Shown: positions 18,191 to 29,208, counted from the first letter of the stretch. The stretch: 57,261 bases of DNA from an uncultured Marinicella sp. (GCA_964557625.1 CAZLAW010000001.1:9818-67078), one strand, 5' to 3'. Numbers and translations: made by a program. The notes: generated by a model from the sequence alone, not told the origin.

Positions 18191-20485
18191 ATGAGCCTGC
18201 TTAAAAATACCCTTATCATGGCATTGATCTTATTGGTGATTCGTGGCGGCTATGAGCTCAGTTACCCCTCAAAAACACCCGCACATCTAATATATGACGG
18301 GGTTTTTATGGAATCCATTCTTAAACACATCCACAAAATCACGGAATACCCCCATGCCGTGGGTCAAGCCACCCATAAAGTGACCGGCCGATACCTTGAA
18401 CGCCATGTGCAGCAATTAAACAACCCCAAAATTCGAATCAATCAACACCGAACCCATTACTACAATAAACACAACCGAAAGGCCGCTGGTTTAACCAATT
18501 ACATCATCCAATACCCGGGTCAGACAGAAAATGCCCCGGCGGTGATGTTAATGGCGCATTATGATGCCGCCCGCTTTTCAGCCACCGGTGCTGCCGATGA
18601 TGCCGCCGGCGTGGCGGTGGCTTTGGAAATTTTTAAAACCTATATTCAGCAAAACCCAACACCCAGGAACACACTTATGCTGTTACTCACCGACGGTGAA
18701 GAACTTGGTTTATTGGGGGCCAAAGCTTTTATTGAAGACCAATTACGCCACCACAATATCGGTGTCATCATTAATTTAGAAGCCCGTGGCAGCAGTGGTC
18801 CGTCGATTTTCTTACCGGAAACCACCAACGGCACCCGGGGATTAATTCAAGCCTATCAACAAGCCGGTGTGCCGATGCCGGTCAGCAGTTCTTTAGACGC
18901 CGAAATTTACGCCAAAATGCCCAATGACACCGATGTTACACCGTTTAAAAAACAAGGTATCCAAGCGTTTAATCTGGCCTTTATTGATAACCATTTCAAT
19001 TACCACAGCCCCACCGATGATCTGGCGCATTTATCGCTTAATTCTGTGGCGCACCATTTAATCCAAACCAAAACCCTGTTGAACTATCTGGCTGACACCG
19101 ATTTGAGTCAACTCCAATCCGAACAATCACCGGTTTATTTCAGCGTACCGACACAAGGGCTTATCAGTTATTCGCGCAGCACGTCGGTCATTATTTTCAC
19201 CCTGGTGTGGCTGGCCTGGCTGATGCTGTTTGTTCTCACCCTGAAAAAATCCGAACACGGTTTTAAATCCTTACTCAGTGGCTTAAAGCCTCTGGCTTTG
19301 ACCGGTTTTTTTGTCTTTATAGCCAATTACATCTTAGTGGCTGCGGTTTATACCCTGATTCCAGGCTGGAAAGACATATTGCAAGGTTTCCCCTATGGTG
19401 GCCATGCCTTAATCAATGCTCAGATAATACTCAGTCTGATTATTTTTGTTATGGTTTACGGCCGTCGGTCGGTGTCACAACAGCCGGGTGATGCAGTAAT
19501 CAGTCTGGGCTTATGGCTGCTTACAGTCAGTCTTGTGACGCAGGCGTTACCCGGTGCCGGTTTTTTGATTATACCCGCCATTTTGGCATTGCCTGTGGCT
19601 TTGTTAAGCCTCTACAAACCTCTGTGGGGGCAGCAACTGGCACCTGTTTTACTGATACTGATGCTGTTACCTTTGGGTACTTTAATGATTAATTTACCGG
19701 TGGCATTGGGTATTTGGATGACCCCGGCAGCGATGCTGATTCTGGTGTTCATGATGTCACCTTTGAATAGCTGGGTCGAACGCAGCACAGAATCGGATAA
19801 CACCGCCTGGTTGTTATTAATACCGGTGTTTTATTGTGCCTGGGTGGTGTTTGAATACCGACACTTCACACCCCATCAGCCCTTACCCACTTCCATCAAT
19901 TACCTGAACGATGTGGACAACCAACAAGCGTATCTATTTCATGCCGATAACCGCCGCGGTGACTGGCTCAGCGATTTATTTGAAAACCCAATGCCCGAAC
20001 ACGTCGCAAAAGATTTTCAAACAACCTACAAAAAGCCACTCACCACTGTGGCACAAAGTGACTTCAACGCCGCTTACCCGGCCACCGTTGAAGTCCGCAA
20101 ACCGTTAAATCAAATGAATTATCAACGGGTTAATGTCACCATTAACGCAGAACCGGGCACGGATATTGTCTCTGTTTATACCCAACAAGCCATGACAATT
20201 CACAGTTTAGCAGTGGGCGGGCGTATTCATCGTTATGAAACACCGATGCAGCTTGCACCGGGTCAAAAACTCATCGAATATCATATCACCGATAATCCCA
20301 CCTTCACGCTGCAGTTTGAAGTCTCCGATGACACTGTTTTTGACTGGCAAGTACAAAGTCATCGAAGTGGTTTGCTGGCTGAATTTAATCTGGCTGAACG
20401 ACCGGTGAATCAGATGGCCAAGCCTTTTATTAAAACTGACTTAATCACCACCGTTCAGAACTGGGCGCTGGGCGACAATCAGTAA
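18191..20485 (+). CDS. Membrane-embedded M28-family metallopeptidase
   Basis: AHYD, GAADDAAG, DGEELGL, NLEARG, DTD and YH motifs, followed by a multi-TM region and a C-terminal domain. Confidence 0.85.
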   Translation: MSLLKNTLIMALILLVIRGGYELSYPSKTPAHLIYDGVFMESILKHIHKITEYPHAVGQATHKVTGRYLERHVQQLNNPKIRINQHRTHYYNKHNRKAAGLTNYIIQYPGQTENAPAVMLMAHYDAARFSATGAADDAAGVAVALEIFKTYIQQNPTPRNTLMLLLTDGEELGLLGAKAFIEDQLRHHNIGVIINLEARGSSGPSIFLPETTNGTRGLIQAYQQAGVPMPVSSSLDAEIYAKMPNDTDVTPFKKQGIQAFNLAFIDNHFNYHSPTDDLAHLSLNSVAHHLIQTKTLLNYLADTDLSQLQSEQSPVYFSVPTQGLISYSRSTSVIIFTLVWLAWLMLFVLTLKKSEHGFKSLLSGLKPLALTGFFVFIANYILVAAVYTLIPGWKDILQGFPYGGHALINAQIILSLIIFVMVYGRRSVSQQPGDAVISLGLWLLTVSLVTQALPGAGFLIIPAILALPVALLSLYKPLWGQQLAPVLLILMLLPLGTLMINLPVALGIWMTPAAMLILVFMMSPLNSWVERSTESDNTAWLLLIPVFYCAWVVFEYRHFTPHQPLPTSINYLNDVDNQQAYLFHADNRRGDWLSDLFENPMPEHVAKDFQTTYKKPLTTVAQSDFNAAYPATVEVRKPLNQMNYQRVNVTINAEPGTDIVSVYTQQAMTIHSLAVGGRIHRYETPMQLAPGQKLIEYHITDNPTFTLQFEVSDDTVFDWQVQSHRSGLLAEFNLAERPVNQMAKPFIKTDLITTVQNWALGDNQ

Positions 20486-21391
20486 CGGTCGTTTGTCATT
20501 GGGGTTTTTGGCATTCGGTATGCGGTTGTTATCCAGCACCAGGTAGAAATGGTCATCATCCACCGCCAGACCTTCGGCATGACCAAACCGCATATCGCTG
20601 TAAGCGTGTTTGGGATCACGGACAATGTGCTCATAAGACCAGGCCCGGCCCTCTTGATATAGCCTGTTCCCCACCGCATTAAGTTCATGAACCACATAGG
20701 CATTGCGTTGCAGGGCATACACTTGGTTCTGGTGGACAAATAATCCGGTCATATCTGGATGACGCCCATGCAAATACTGTCGACTATTCAGCATGATTTG
20801 GTTATGCTGCGACACAAGCTCGGTCATATCTTCAGAAAATTTGAGTGTTATTAAACCACGCGGCTGACGTTCTGCGGCCAGCAAAAACCGCTGATTACCC
20901 AAATAAGCCACACCCTCCAGACCGGCATTATGAAGCTGCAATAACCCGGCATCAAAAGCAGATTGGTATAATCCGTTACCCTGTGCCGGCAGCCAGCGTA
21001 ATTGGCCGTCCCGGTGGACATGGATCAGCCGATGGTGGGCTTCAGAAACCAGCACAAAATCACCATCCACGGTTGTGATACCCTCTAAGTCTAACGCTGC
21101 AACACCCAAATCACGTTCACTGGCCAAGGTCATTTCTTTATGCAACCAGGCTTCATCATCCCGGATGTCCAAACGATAAATCGCCCGGTGTTTATCACCT
21201 ACGGTATACAGTGTGCCATTTTTAAGGGTTAAGCCTGACGGCTCGATTTGATCGATACCGTTGATCGGATAGACGCGGTATTCATTGAGTTGAATCGGTT
21301 CAACCGATGTAACGGATTGTGCTGCCAAATCATGACATAAAACCAAAACCAGCCACACCGATATAGACCGCAAACAAAACAGTCTGATCAT
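20441..21391 (-). CDS. Secreted beta-propeller protein (SdiA-regulated/phytase-like esterase family)
   Basis: Signal peptide; repeated EPSGL, DLEGI, LEGV, MTGL and AEGL blade motifs. Confidence 0.6.
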   Translation of the reverse strand: MIRLFCLRSISVWLVLVLCHDLAAQSVTSVEPIQLNEYRVYPINGIDQIEPSGLTLKNGTLYTVGDKHRAIYRLDIRDDEAWLHKEMTLASERDLGVAALDLEGITTVDGDFVLVSEAHHRLIHVHRDGQLRWLPAQGNGLYQSAFDAGLLQLHNAGLEGVAYLGNQRFLLAAERQPRGLITLKFSEDMTELVSQHNQIMLNSRQYLHGRHPDMTGLFVHQNQVYALQRNAYVVHELNAVGNRLYQEGRAWSYEHIVRDPKHAYSDMRFGHAEGLAVDDDHFYLVLDNNRIPNAKNPNDKRPLLIVAQRPVLNGGD

Positions 21392-22659
21392 CGCGCTTTG
21401 TCCTTTTGGGGCTTATTCACCCATTGACCAAAATAAAAGGTCAGCACCGTGGCATCTTTTAAGGTGTTTTCAATCAACTGTTCATAGTCGCTCAAATGCG
21501 TTTGTTCCATTTTTTCCAGCACATCACCACGGGATTTGGTGCGTGGATTTTTTGAAATCAAAGCACAACAGTCCTTATGCGGCTCACGACACACTTCAAA
21601 CAAGCCCAAATCCGTGGACAAGTCGATAATATCATGTTTGTTGTAAGTCAATAAGGGCCTTAAAATCATGGCCCCGGTGCTTTTATTCATGGATTCCATA
21701 TTTTCTAATGTTTGTGAAGCCACTTGCCCTAAATTATCGCCGGTCACCAGCGCCTGGGCTTCCACATCCGGCATCAATCGGCTCGCCACCCGTGCCATAA
21801 AGCGCCGAAACAGAATTAAATCGTAGTCTAAATCCAGTTCCATTAACGCCATATCAAAATAGGTATAAGGCACGATATATAAGCGCACAAAGCCACTGCT
21901 TTCACTGACAATCTTTGCGGTTCGGACAATTTTATCTTGTTCGATATCACCCGGCGGCCGGTGACTGGCTGTGAAGTGAATAAAATCGGTTTGACAACCG
22001 CGTTTGGCCATCAGCCAGGCCGCCACCGGCGAATCGAAACCACCCGATAGCAAAGTCAAAACCTGACCGGTTGATCCCACCGGCAAACCACCGACTCCGG
22101 TGATTTTATCGCTGTGAACCGAGATGCCGTCAGAGGCGATGTCCACATAAAATGTCTGATCGGGACGGCTCAGATTGACCTGCTGCCAATCGCTGTTTTT
22201 TAAAATGGTGGCCGCGATCTGCTGTTCAAAATCCTGTGACGCAATGAAGAAGCGTTTATCCCGACGTTTAACCCGCACCGCAAAGCTGCGTTCCGGACGG
22301 TACTGTTCCTGTGCCAGACGACCGACCAAATCATGAATCACGGTTAAATCCGGCTGATGACTTAAAAAGCCAAACTGCTGTTCGCTGAGCCAATACACTA
22401 AACTCAACCAGGCAATACCGGGCAAACGCGCCAATTCCTGCACCACCGCTCGGGCCGTTGCTTCATCAATCGCCTCATCAGCCCCGTTTTTGTTCGGTAC
22501 CTGTACATAAATCCGGTCATGAATGGCTTTCACCGGCCATTCATAACCCATCATTTTGAGTTTATCCTTGATATTTTTACGCAATTTTTTGATAAAACGG
22601 TGGCGGTTCTTGCCTTTTAATGCCAGCTCGGCAAATTGCACAATAATCCGATACTGCAT
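21388..22659 (-). CDS. thiI: tRNA 4-thiouridine synthase lacking the C-terminal rhodanese domain
   Basis: ELALKGKNR, THUMP region, GGLPVG, LLSGGFDSPVA, GDNLGQVASQT, DCC. Confidence 0.92.
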   Translation of the reverse strand: MQYRIIVQFAELALKGKNRHRFIKKLRKNIKDKLKMMGYEWPVKAIHDRIYVQVPNKNGADEAIDEATARAVVQELARLPGIAWLSLVYWLSEQQFGFLSHQPDLTVIHDLVGRLAQEQYRPERSFAVRVKRRDKRFFIASQDFEQQIAATILKNSDWQQVNLSRPDQTFYVDIASDGISVHSDKITGVGGLPVGSTGQVLTLLSGGFDSPVAAWLMAKRGCQTDFIHFTASHRPPGDIEQDKIVRTAKIVSESSGFVRLYIVPYTYFDMALMELDLDYDLILFRRFMARVASRLMPDVEAQALVTGDNLGQVASQTLENMESMNKSTGAMILRPLLTYNKHDIIDLSTDLGLFEVCREPHKDCCALISKNPRTKSRGDVLEKMEQTHLSDYEQLIENTLKDATVLTFYFGQWVNKPQKDKAR

Positions 22660-22661
22660 GG

Positions 22662-23858
22662 TTATGACCGTAATCGCTCGACCGTTTGCTTAATCCGTGT
22701 CATGGCATTATTCAACACGTCCATACCGGTGGCAAATGAAATCCTCACATAACCAGTCGCACCAAACGGGGTACCCGGTACCACCGCCACACCGGCGGAT
22801 TCCAGCAACCAGGTGGCCAGTTCCACATCATTGTTACACTCAGGATGTGAATCAATTAATGCGGTTACATCCGCAAACGCATAAAAAGCGCCGTCACCCG
22901 GCAAACATGTAATACCCTCTATTTCATTGAGCGCCTGCACCACGAAATCATGGCGCTGCTTAAACGCCCGGGTCATGGTTTGTAAACAATCCTGGGGTCC
23001 GTTAAAGGCGGCAGCAGCAGCAGCCTGGGAAATTGAACAGGGGTTAGAGGTACTTTGTGATTGCAGTTTACGCATGGCGGTAATAATGTCACGATTGGCG
23101 GCGGCAAATCCAATCCGCCATCCGGTCATGGCATAACCTTTGGACACACCATTGACTAAAATCACCCGGTCTTTGAGTGCCGGAAACAGGGCCACCAAAT
23201 TGGTCAACGGCTCATCACCCCAATAAATATGCTCATAAATATCATCGGTCATAATAAGCACATGGGGATTGGCCTGAACCACTTCACCGATGGCCGCTAA
23301 TTCAGCTTGAGAATATACCTGTCCGGTGGGGTTGCTGGGCGAATTCAGAATAATCAATTTGGTTTTATCAGTGATGGCATTCGATAACTGCTCGGCAGTC
23401 ATCTTAAAGGCATTATCTGCTTTTGTTTGCACAATGACTGATTCACCACCGGCCAATAATGTCATGTCCGGGTAAGACACCCAGTATGGCGCCGGAATAA
23501 TCACTTCATCGCCGGGGTTGATGACCGCATTCATCAGATTATAAATACTTTGCTTGGCTCCATTGGATACCAGGATTTCATTGGCCTGATAATCGACCTG
23601 ATTATCACGTTTTAGTTTATCGATAATCGCTTGTTTTAATGCCGCCGTACCGTCAACGGCGGTGTATTTTGTCTGACCATTATGGATGGCTTCAATGGCG
23701 GCCTGTTTTATGTGTTCCGGGGTATCAAAATCAGGTTCACCGGCGCCCAGACCAATGACGTCCTGGCCGGCGGCTTTTAATTCAGCGGCTTTCATCGACA
23801 CCGCAATGGTGGCAGAGGGTTTGACTTTGTTGACTATGTCAGCAATAAACTCATTCAT
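22662..23858 (-). CDS. Class I/II PLP aminotransferase (aspartate aminotransferase-like)
   Basis: GAGEPDF, NSPSNPTG, DDIY, SKGYAMTGWRIG. Confidence 0.92.
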   Translation of the reverse strand: MNEFIADIVNKVKPSATIAVSMKAAELKAAGQDVIGLGAGEPDFDTPEHIKQAAIEAIHNGQTKYTAVDGTAALKQAIIDKLKRDNQVDYQANEILVSNGAKQSIYNLMNAVINPGDEVIIPAPYWVSYPDMTLLAGGESVIVQTKADNAFKMTAEQLSNAITDKTKLIILNSPSNPTGQVYSQAELAAIGEVVQANPHVLIMTDDIYEHIYWGDEPLTNLVALFPALKDRVILVNGVSKGYAMTGWRIGFAAANRDIITAMRKLQSQSTSNPCSISQAAAAAAFNGPQDCLQTMTRAFKQRHDFVVQALNEIEGITCLPGDGAFYAFADVTALIDSHPECNNDVELATWLLESAGVAVVPGTPFGATGYVRISFATGMDVLNNAMTRIKQTVERLRS

Positions 23859-24043
23859 CGTAGTGCTTAAAAACTAAAAACACTTATCTTAAGCGATATT
23901 GGCCAAGACTCAACTATTTTAAGTCTAAACTCACTGAATAACAGCTTAATAAAAATTGACGATATCTCATTTTCTTATCAATGACTCATTAAGACTTAGC
24001 GAACCAATGAATGTTACAATTAAGCAAAACTCATTTAATCGTT

Positions 24044-25084
24044 ATGTCTATAAAATCCAACATCATTGAAACCATCGGTCAGACTGATTTAGTGAGAATT
24101 CCTTCATTGTCTGAATTAACCGGATCAGAGATTTACCTGAAATGTGAATTTCAAAATCCCGGTGGTTCCATTAAGGACCGTGCCGCGCGTCAGATGATAA
24201 TTGATGCAGTTGATTCTGGGCAGTTAAAACCCGGTATGACCATTGTTGAAGGCACTGCCGGCAATACCGGTATTGGCTTGGCATTAGTTGCCAGAGCCAT
24301 GGGGTTTAATATGTTGGTTGTTATGCCCAAGGGACAAGCACTTGAAAAACAACGGCTGATTGAATTGTATGGTGCCCAATTAAAGCTGGTGGATCCCTGT
24401 CCTTTTGCCAACGACAATCATTTTTACCACACCGCCAGAAGACTGGCTGAACATAATACAGATTATTGGTGGGCTGATCAATTTGAAAACACCGCCAACG
24501 CCACCGCGCACTACGCCACCACCGGCCCTGAAATATGGCAACAAACCAAAGGTCAAGTAACTACTGTGGTGTCAGTGAGCGGCACCGGTGGAACCATCGG
24601 TGGTGTCACTCAATTTTTAAAAGAAAAAAATAAAAACATCACAACCTGGTTGGTTGACCCGGATGGTTCGGGGCTCTATCAATATTTAAAAACAGGCCAG
24701 TTTGTGTCAGACGGTGATTCATTTACAGAAGGTATTGGCATTATGCGCGCTGTGGCCAACTTCAAACAAGCCCAGGTTGATTATGCCATTAACCTTCCGG
24801 ACAACGATTTAGTCGCCATATCCCGTCATTTACTGCAGCACGATGGTATTTTATTGGGCAGCAGTGCTGCCCTGAATGTGGCCGGTGCTTTATTTGCAGC
24901 CGCAAACGGCGCTCACAATCAACATATTGTTACCTTCGCTTGTGATTTAGGGGAACGTTCTTATTCTAAATTATATAACCCGACATTTTTAAAAGAGCGC
25001 CAAATCAGCTTACCACCTGAAAATGTATCCTCACTTTACCAGCGCTACAAAACCATGGCTGACCTCATTGTCAGAAATTATTAA
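24044..25084 (+). CDS. PLP-dependent cysteine synthase-family protein
   Basis: NPGGSIKDR, EGTAGNTG, QFEN, GTGGT, EGIG; start uncertain (24011 or 24044). Confidence 0.88.
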   Translation: MSIKSNIIETIGQTDLVRIPSLSELTGSEIYLKCEFQNPGGSIKDRAARQMIIDAVDSGQLKPGMTIVEGTAGNTGIGLALVARAMGFNMLVVMPKGQALEKQRLIELYGAQLKLVDPCPFANDNHFYHTARRLAEHNTDYWWADQFENTANATAHYATTGPEIWQQTKGQVTTVVSVSGTGGTIGGVTQFLKEKNKNITTWLVDPDGSGLYQYLKTGQFVSDGDSFTEGIGIMRAVANFKQAQVDYAINLPDNDLVAISRHLLQHDGILLGSSAALNVAGALFAAANGAHNQHIVTFACDLGERSYSKLYNPTFLKERQISLPPENVSSLYQRYKTMADLIVRNY

Positions 25085-26832
25085 TCCGGCTTAACCGGTT
25101 TTCGCAATACCCGCTCCATACCTGACTCCATATCGCCTTCGGCTTGTTCTTGTAAACGCTCTAAATCACGGATACGGATATCTTCGATGTAATCACTGGC
25201 CTGCTCTTCACTGACGCCCAATTCAATCAACACTTGCTTACCCAGTATCAAGGCACTTTCAAAGGTTTCTCGCACTGAAAAAGTGACATCCATATCATGT
25301 AAATCAATGGAATGGCGGCGGTTGTAAGAACGGACGAAAATTTTGGCCTGTGGATTAATCGCTTTTAAAGCCCGAATACTGCGGTTGGTCACTTCCGGGT
25401 TGTTGGTGCAAATAATCACCACTTCACAACTTTCAGCACCGGCCGCACGTAAAATATCCCGACGGGTGCCATCACCAAAATTCACTTTAAAACCAAAGCC
25501 GCGGGCTTCCCGGATACGTCGGGCATCATTGTCCAAAATGGTGACATCATAACCATCGGCAAACAAGGGTTGTGATACCATTTGCCCAAAACGACCAAAA
25601 CCAATAATCAGTACATTGCCGCGGGTGTCTTCAAAGGTTTCATCCAGAACATCCTGCAGTTCTTTGTTGATAAAAAAGTTTTGAAACAATAAAGGCAACG
25701 GCGACAACATCATGGTCACCGACACAATCGCAATCAGAATTGATGACACATTATCGGCAAAAATACCGGCAGTGGCCGCCGCTGAAAACAGCACAAAACC
25801 AAACTCACCCAATTGCGGCAAGGCAAAGGCCAGTCGAATCGAGGTGTTGTGGTCATGTTTGAAAAAACGGCTGACCAGGTACAGTAAAATTGTTTTTAGC
25901 AACATAACGCCGGGCGCAATGGCTAAAATCAATAACCAGTTATCCATCACCACGCGCAAATCCAACGCCAAACCCACCGCCATAAAAAACAAACCCAGGA
26001 ACAAACCCCGAAAGGGTTCAATATTGGCTTTGACTTCATGGCGGTAGGAGGACTCCGACAGCATCACCCCGGCCAAAAAAGCCCCCATGGCATTGGACAT
26101 GCCCACCAGATCCATCAATAAAGCCGCCGCAATCACCAACCCTAAAGCACTGGCGGTCATAATTTCATGTAAGCCGGTGGATGCCAATAAGCGAAACACA
26201 TGATCCAAGGCGTAATAACCGGTCAAAATAAGCGCCACAATGGCCGCCACCGCCAAACCGATATCAATTAAACTTTCTACTAAAGTGACATCTTCACCGG
26301 TGGGCGCGAGTAAAGTCACCAATAATAACAACGGCACAATGGCGATGTCCTGAAACAATAAAATCCCAAAGGTTTTTCGGCCGTGTAAACTACGCCGTTC
26401 ACCTTTTTCACTCAATTGACTCATCACAATGGCGGTTGAACTCAAGGCCATGCCGGTACCTATCACCACAGAACCGGACCAATGCATCCCGACCAAATAT
26501 GCCAGGATACCAATCACCAGGGCACTGAACAGCACCTGTGCTGCCCCCAAACCAAAAATATCTTTGCGCATATCCCACAAGGTGGCGAGATTGAGTTCTA
26601 ATCCAATCACAAATAAAAACAACACCACACCGAACTCGGAAAAATGCAACAACTCTTCGGGGTGTTCTGAAAAACCTCCTGAAAACAATAAATTAACCGC
26701 AATCCCCGCCACCAAATAGCCGAGCACCGCACCAAATTTAATTTTCACAAACACCGGCACAAACACACTGGCGGCCACAATCAGTGCCAGGGCATTCCAA
26801 AACAGTAAATCAGATGAACCGGTTTCAGGCAT
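25081..26832 (-). CDS. CPA2-family K+/H+ antiporter with KTN domain (KefB/KefC-like)
   Basis: SEFGVVLFLFVIGLE, ALSSTA, LLFQD, GFGRFG. Confidence 0.9.
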   Translation of the reverse strand: MPETGSSDLLFWNALALIVAASVFVPVFVKIKFGAVLGYLVAGIAVNLLFSGGFSEHPEELLHFSEFGVVLFLFVIGLELNLATLWDMRKDIFGLGAAQVLFSALVIGILAYLVGMHWSGSVVIGTGMALSSTAIVMSQLSEKGERRSLHGRKTFGILLFQDIAIVPLLLLVTLLAPTGEDVTLVESLIDIGLAVAAIVALILTGYYALDHVFRLLASTGLHEIMTASALGLVIAAALLMDLVGMSNAMGAFLAGVMLSESSYRHEVKANIEPFRGLFLGLFFMAVGLALDLRVVMDNWLLILAIAPGVMLLKTILLYLVSRFFKHDHNTSIRLAFALPQLGEFGFVLFSAAATAGIFADNVSSILIAIVSVTMMLSPLPLLFQNFFINKELQDVLDETFEDTRGNVLIIGFGRFGQMVSQPLFADGYDVTILDNDARRIREARGFGFKVNFGDGTRRDILRAAGAESCEVVIICTNNPEVTNRSIRALKAINPQAKIFVRSYNRRHSIDLHDMDVTFSVRETFESALILGKQVLIELGVSEEQASDYIEDIRIRDLERLQEQAEGDMESGMERVLRKPVKPD

Positions 26833-27020
26833 ATTTTGGGTTTGTTACCATTAATAAGGGTCGCTCTATTGAATATAATTATCATAGAGCTTTTAGTTCT
26901 TATGTACAAACAAAAATAATCACAGATGTTGTTCACTTGTCTGATGAAAGCCCGATAAAGCAAAGCATACAATTAGCGCACCATCAGTGATAAAATAACC
27001 GCTTTTTTTGGGTCGTAAAA

Positions 27021-28229
27021 GTGGATATTGCTGCATTGCTGTCGGATCAGCCACACCAAATCGTCGAATTTCAAGGGATAGAATACACCTTACTGGGCAC
27101 CGCCCACATTTCTCAAAAAAGTGCTGATGTGGTCAAAGAACTTATCGAACACGGTGACTATGATGCGGTCGCCATTGAACTGGACGATTTACGCTACCAG
27201 GCTTTGACCGACACCAACCGCTACCGTAATTTAGACCTGATTAGTATCATTAAACAAAAACAAACCGGTGTCATCGCCACCAATCTGGCCATGAGTGCCT
27301 ACCAGAAAAGACTGGCCAATCAGCTGGGTATTGAACCGGGCGCTGAAATGAAACAAGCCATCGAATCTGCCCGGGCCAATGACTTACCGGTGTGGAACAT
27401 TGACCGCAATGTCGGTATCACCATGAAACGAACCTGGCGCGGCCTGTCTTTTTTAGAAAAGGTCAACCTGATTTTCGGTTTTGGCGGTTTTTTTGAGCAA
27501 TCTGAAATCAGTAATGAGGAAATTGAAAAACTTAAAACCGGCGACATGCTGGAAAGTACTTTTAGTGAACTGTCTGAAAATTCAGCCGGTATTTATCGCT
27601 CATTGATTGATGAACGAGACCAATATATGGCAGCCAAACTGCACGTTCATGGCCGACAATTAAAAACCGACAAAGAAAAACCCCAGGTTCTGGTGGTCAT
27701 TGGTGCCGGACATTTAAAAGGCTTATCAGGGTACATTTCCGAAGAGAAGAACAATCAGGACACCCTGTCTGAGCTCGAAGCGATTCCACCGAAAAAGAAA
27801 TGGTTTAAGCTCCTGCCCTGGTTAATTACATTGGTGATTGTCAGCGGATTTGTTTGGGGCTTTGCCACCGAAGAAGCCCTCGGCTGGTCGTTGATCAAAA
27901 TCTGGTTGCTTTATAATGGTGTTTTGTCCGGTATCGGTGCCGCTCTGGCCGGTGGTCATCCGCTGACCATACTGGCCGCCATGCTGGCCGCACCATTTAC
28001 CTCCTTAAACCCCACCATTGCAGCGGGGATGGTGGCGGCTTTGGTGGAAACCATGGTGCGCAAACCCAAGGTGCAGGATTTTGAATCTTTGCAACACGAT
28101 GCCATGAAACTCACCGGCTGGTGGAAAAACCCGGTCACACGGGTGCTGTTGGTGTTTATCCTCACTAATGTGGGTTCGGCCATTGCCACCTGGGTTTCCG
28201 GCTTTAAAATTTTCAGTCAACTGGTGTAA
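27021..28229 (+). CDS. TraB/GumN-family protein with C-terminal TM segments
   Basis: LGTAHIS, V.IELD..R, PGAEM, IDERD.YMA, VIGAGH. Confidence 0.88.
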   Translation: MDIAALLSDQPHQIVEFQGIEYTLLGTAHISQKSADVVKELIEHGDYDAVAIELDDLRYQALTDTNRYRNLDLISIIKQKQTGVIATNLAMSAYQKRLANQLGIEPGAEMKQAIESARANDLPVWNIDRNVGITMKRTWRGLSFLEKVNLIFGFGGFFEQSEISNEEIEKLKTGDMLESTFSELSENSAGIYRSLIDERDQYMAAKLHVHGRQLKTDKEKPQVLVVIGAGHLKGLSGYISEEKNNQDTLSELEAIPPKKKWFKLLPWLITLVIVSGFVWGFATEEALGWSLIKIWLLYNGVLSGIGAALAGGHPLTILAAMLAAPFTSLNPTIAAGMVAALVETMVRKPKVQDFESLQHDAMKLTGWWKNPVTRVLLVFILTNVGSAIATWVSGFKIFSQLV

Positions 28230-28236
28230 TCAACTC

Positions 28237-29208
28237 ATGCCTTTTTACATCGGTCCCTATAAAATTAATCACCCGGTGATGCTGGCACCGATGGCCGGTG
28301 TCACCGATCGCCCTTACCGTCAATTGTGTAAGCAACTGGGCGCCAGCTATGCGGTGGGTGAAATGCTCAGTTGTGATTTATCACTGTTAAAAACCGCCAA
28401 AACCCGCTTTCGGATGAATCATGACGGTGAACCTGGACCGATTGCGGTACAAATCGCCGGCTCTGATCCCAAAGCCATGGCTGAAGCGGCCAAATACAAT
28501 GTCTGTAACGGCGCCCAAATTATTGACATCAATATGGGCTGTCCACAAAAAAAGGTGGCTAAAAAGCGTTGTGGTTCAGCATTAATGGCCTACCCTGAAC
28601 AAATCAAAGCCATATGCGAGGCGGTGGTGGATGCGGTGTCTGTACCGGTGACTTTAAAAACCCGGCTCGGTACCGACGCCACCCACCTGAATATTGAAGA
28701 CATCGCAGCCGATGCTGAACAAGCCGGAATTGCGGCTTTATTTATACATGGTCGCACCCAGCAGCAAAAATACACCGGCCGGGCTGATTACACTTTAATC
28801 AAAGCGGTTAAACAGCAACGAAGCATCCCAATCATTGCCAATGGTGATATCGACAGCCCTGAAAAAGCTCAACATGTGCTTAATATCACGGGCTGTGACG
28901 GACTTATGGTGGGACGCGCCGCGCAAGGAAATCCCTGGATTTTCAAACAAATATCCCATTATCTGAAAACCGGTGAATTCCGCAGTTTGCCAACGATTTC
29001 GGAAATTATGACAACCTTATATCAACATGTGTTAAATTTACATCAGTTTTACGGTCAAACACGGGGTTGTCGCATGGCAAAAAAACACATTAAGTGGTTC
29101 TCAGCGCAGTTACCGGCTGAATTTAGGTCGCGTGAACTGTTAACCATTGATGACAGCCGCGTACAATTACAATTTATTGAACAACATTTATTATCCAGGG
29201 TGGCCTGA
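28237..29208 (+). CDS. dusB: tRNA-dihydrouridine synthase B
   Basis: LAPMAGVTDRP, IDINMGCP, IHGRT, ANGDI, GRAAQGNPWIF; start ATG 28237. Confidence 0.93.
   Translation: MPFYIGPYKINHPVMLAPMAGVTDRPYRQLCKQLGASYAVGEMLSCDLSLLKTAKTRFRMNHDGEPGPIAVQIAGSDPKAMAEAAKYNVCNGAQIIDINMGCPQKKVAKKRCGSALMAYPEQIKAICEAVVDAVSVPVTLKTRLGTDATHLNIEDIAADAEQAGIAALFIHGRTQQQKYTGRADYTLIKAVKQQRSIPIIANGDIDSPEKAQHVLNITGCDGLMVGRAAQGNPWIFKQISHYLKTGEFRSLPTISEIMTTLYQHVLNLHQFYGQTRGCRMAKKHIKWFSAQLPAEFRSRELLTIDDSRVQLQFIEQHLLSRVA

Noticed and set aside
23980-23990. AATGACTCATT near-palindrome upstream of the cysteine synthase, similar to AAATGACGTCATTT at 16571
   Set aside because: Short, AT-rich and with different half-site spacing; compatible with chance.
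26863-26890. GCTCTAT...ATAGAGC dyad in the kef/traB intergenic region
   Set aside because: Only 7-9 bp with a bulge and no supporting context.
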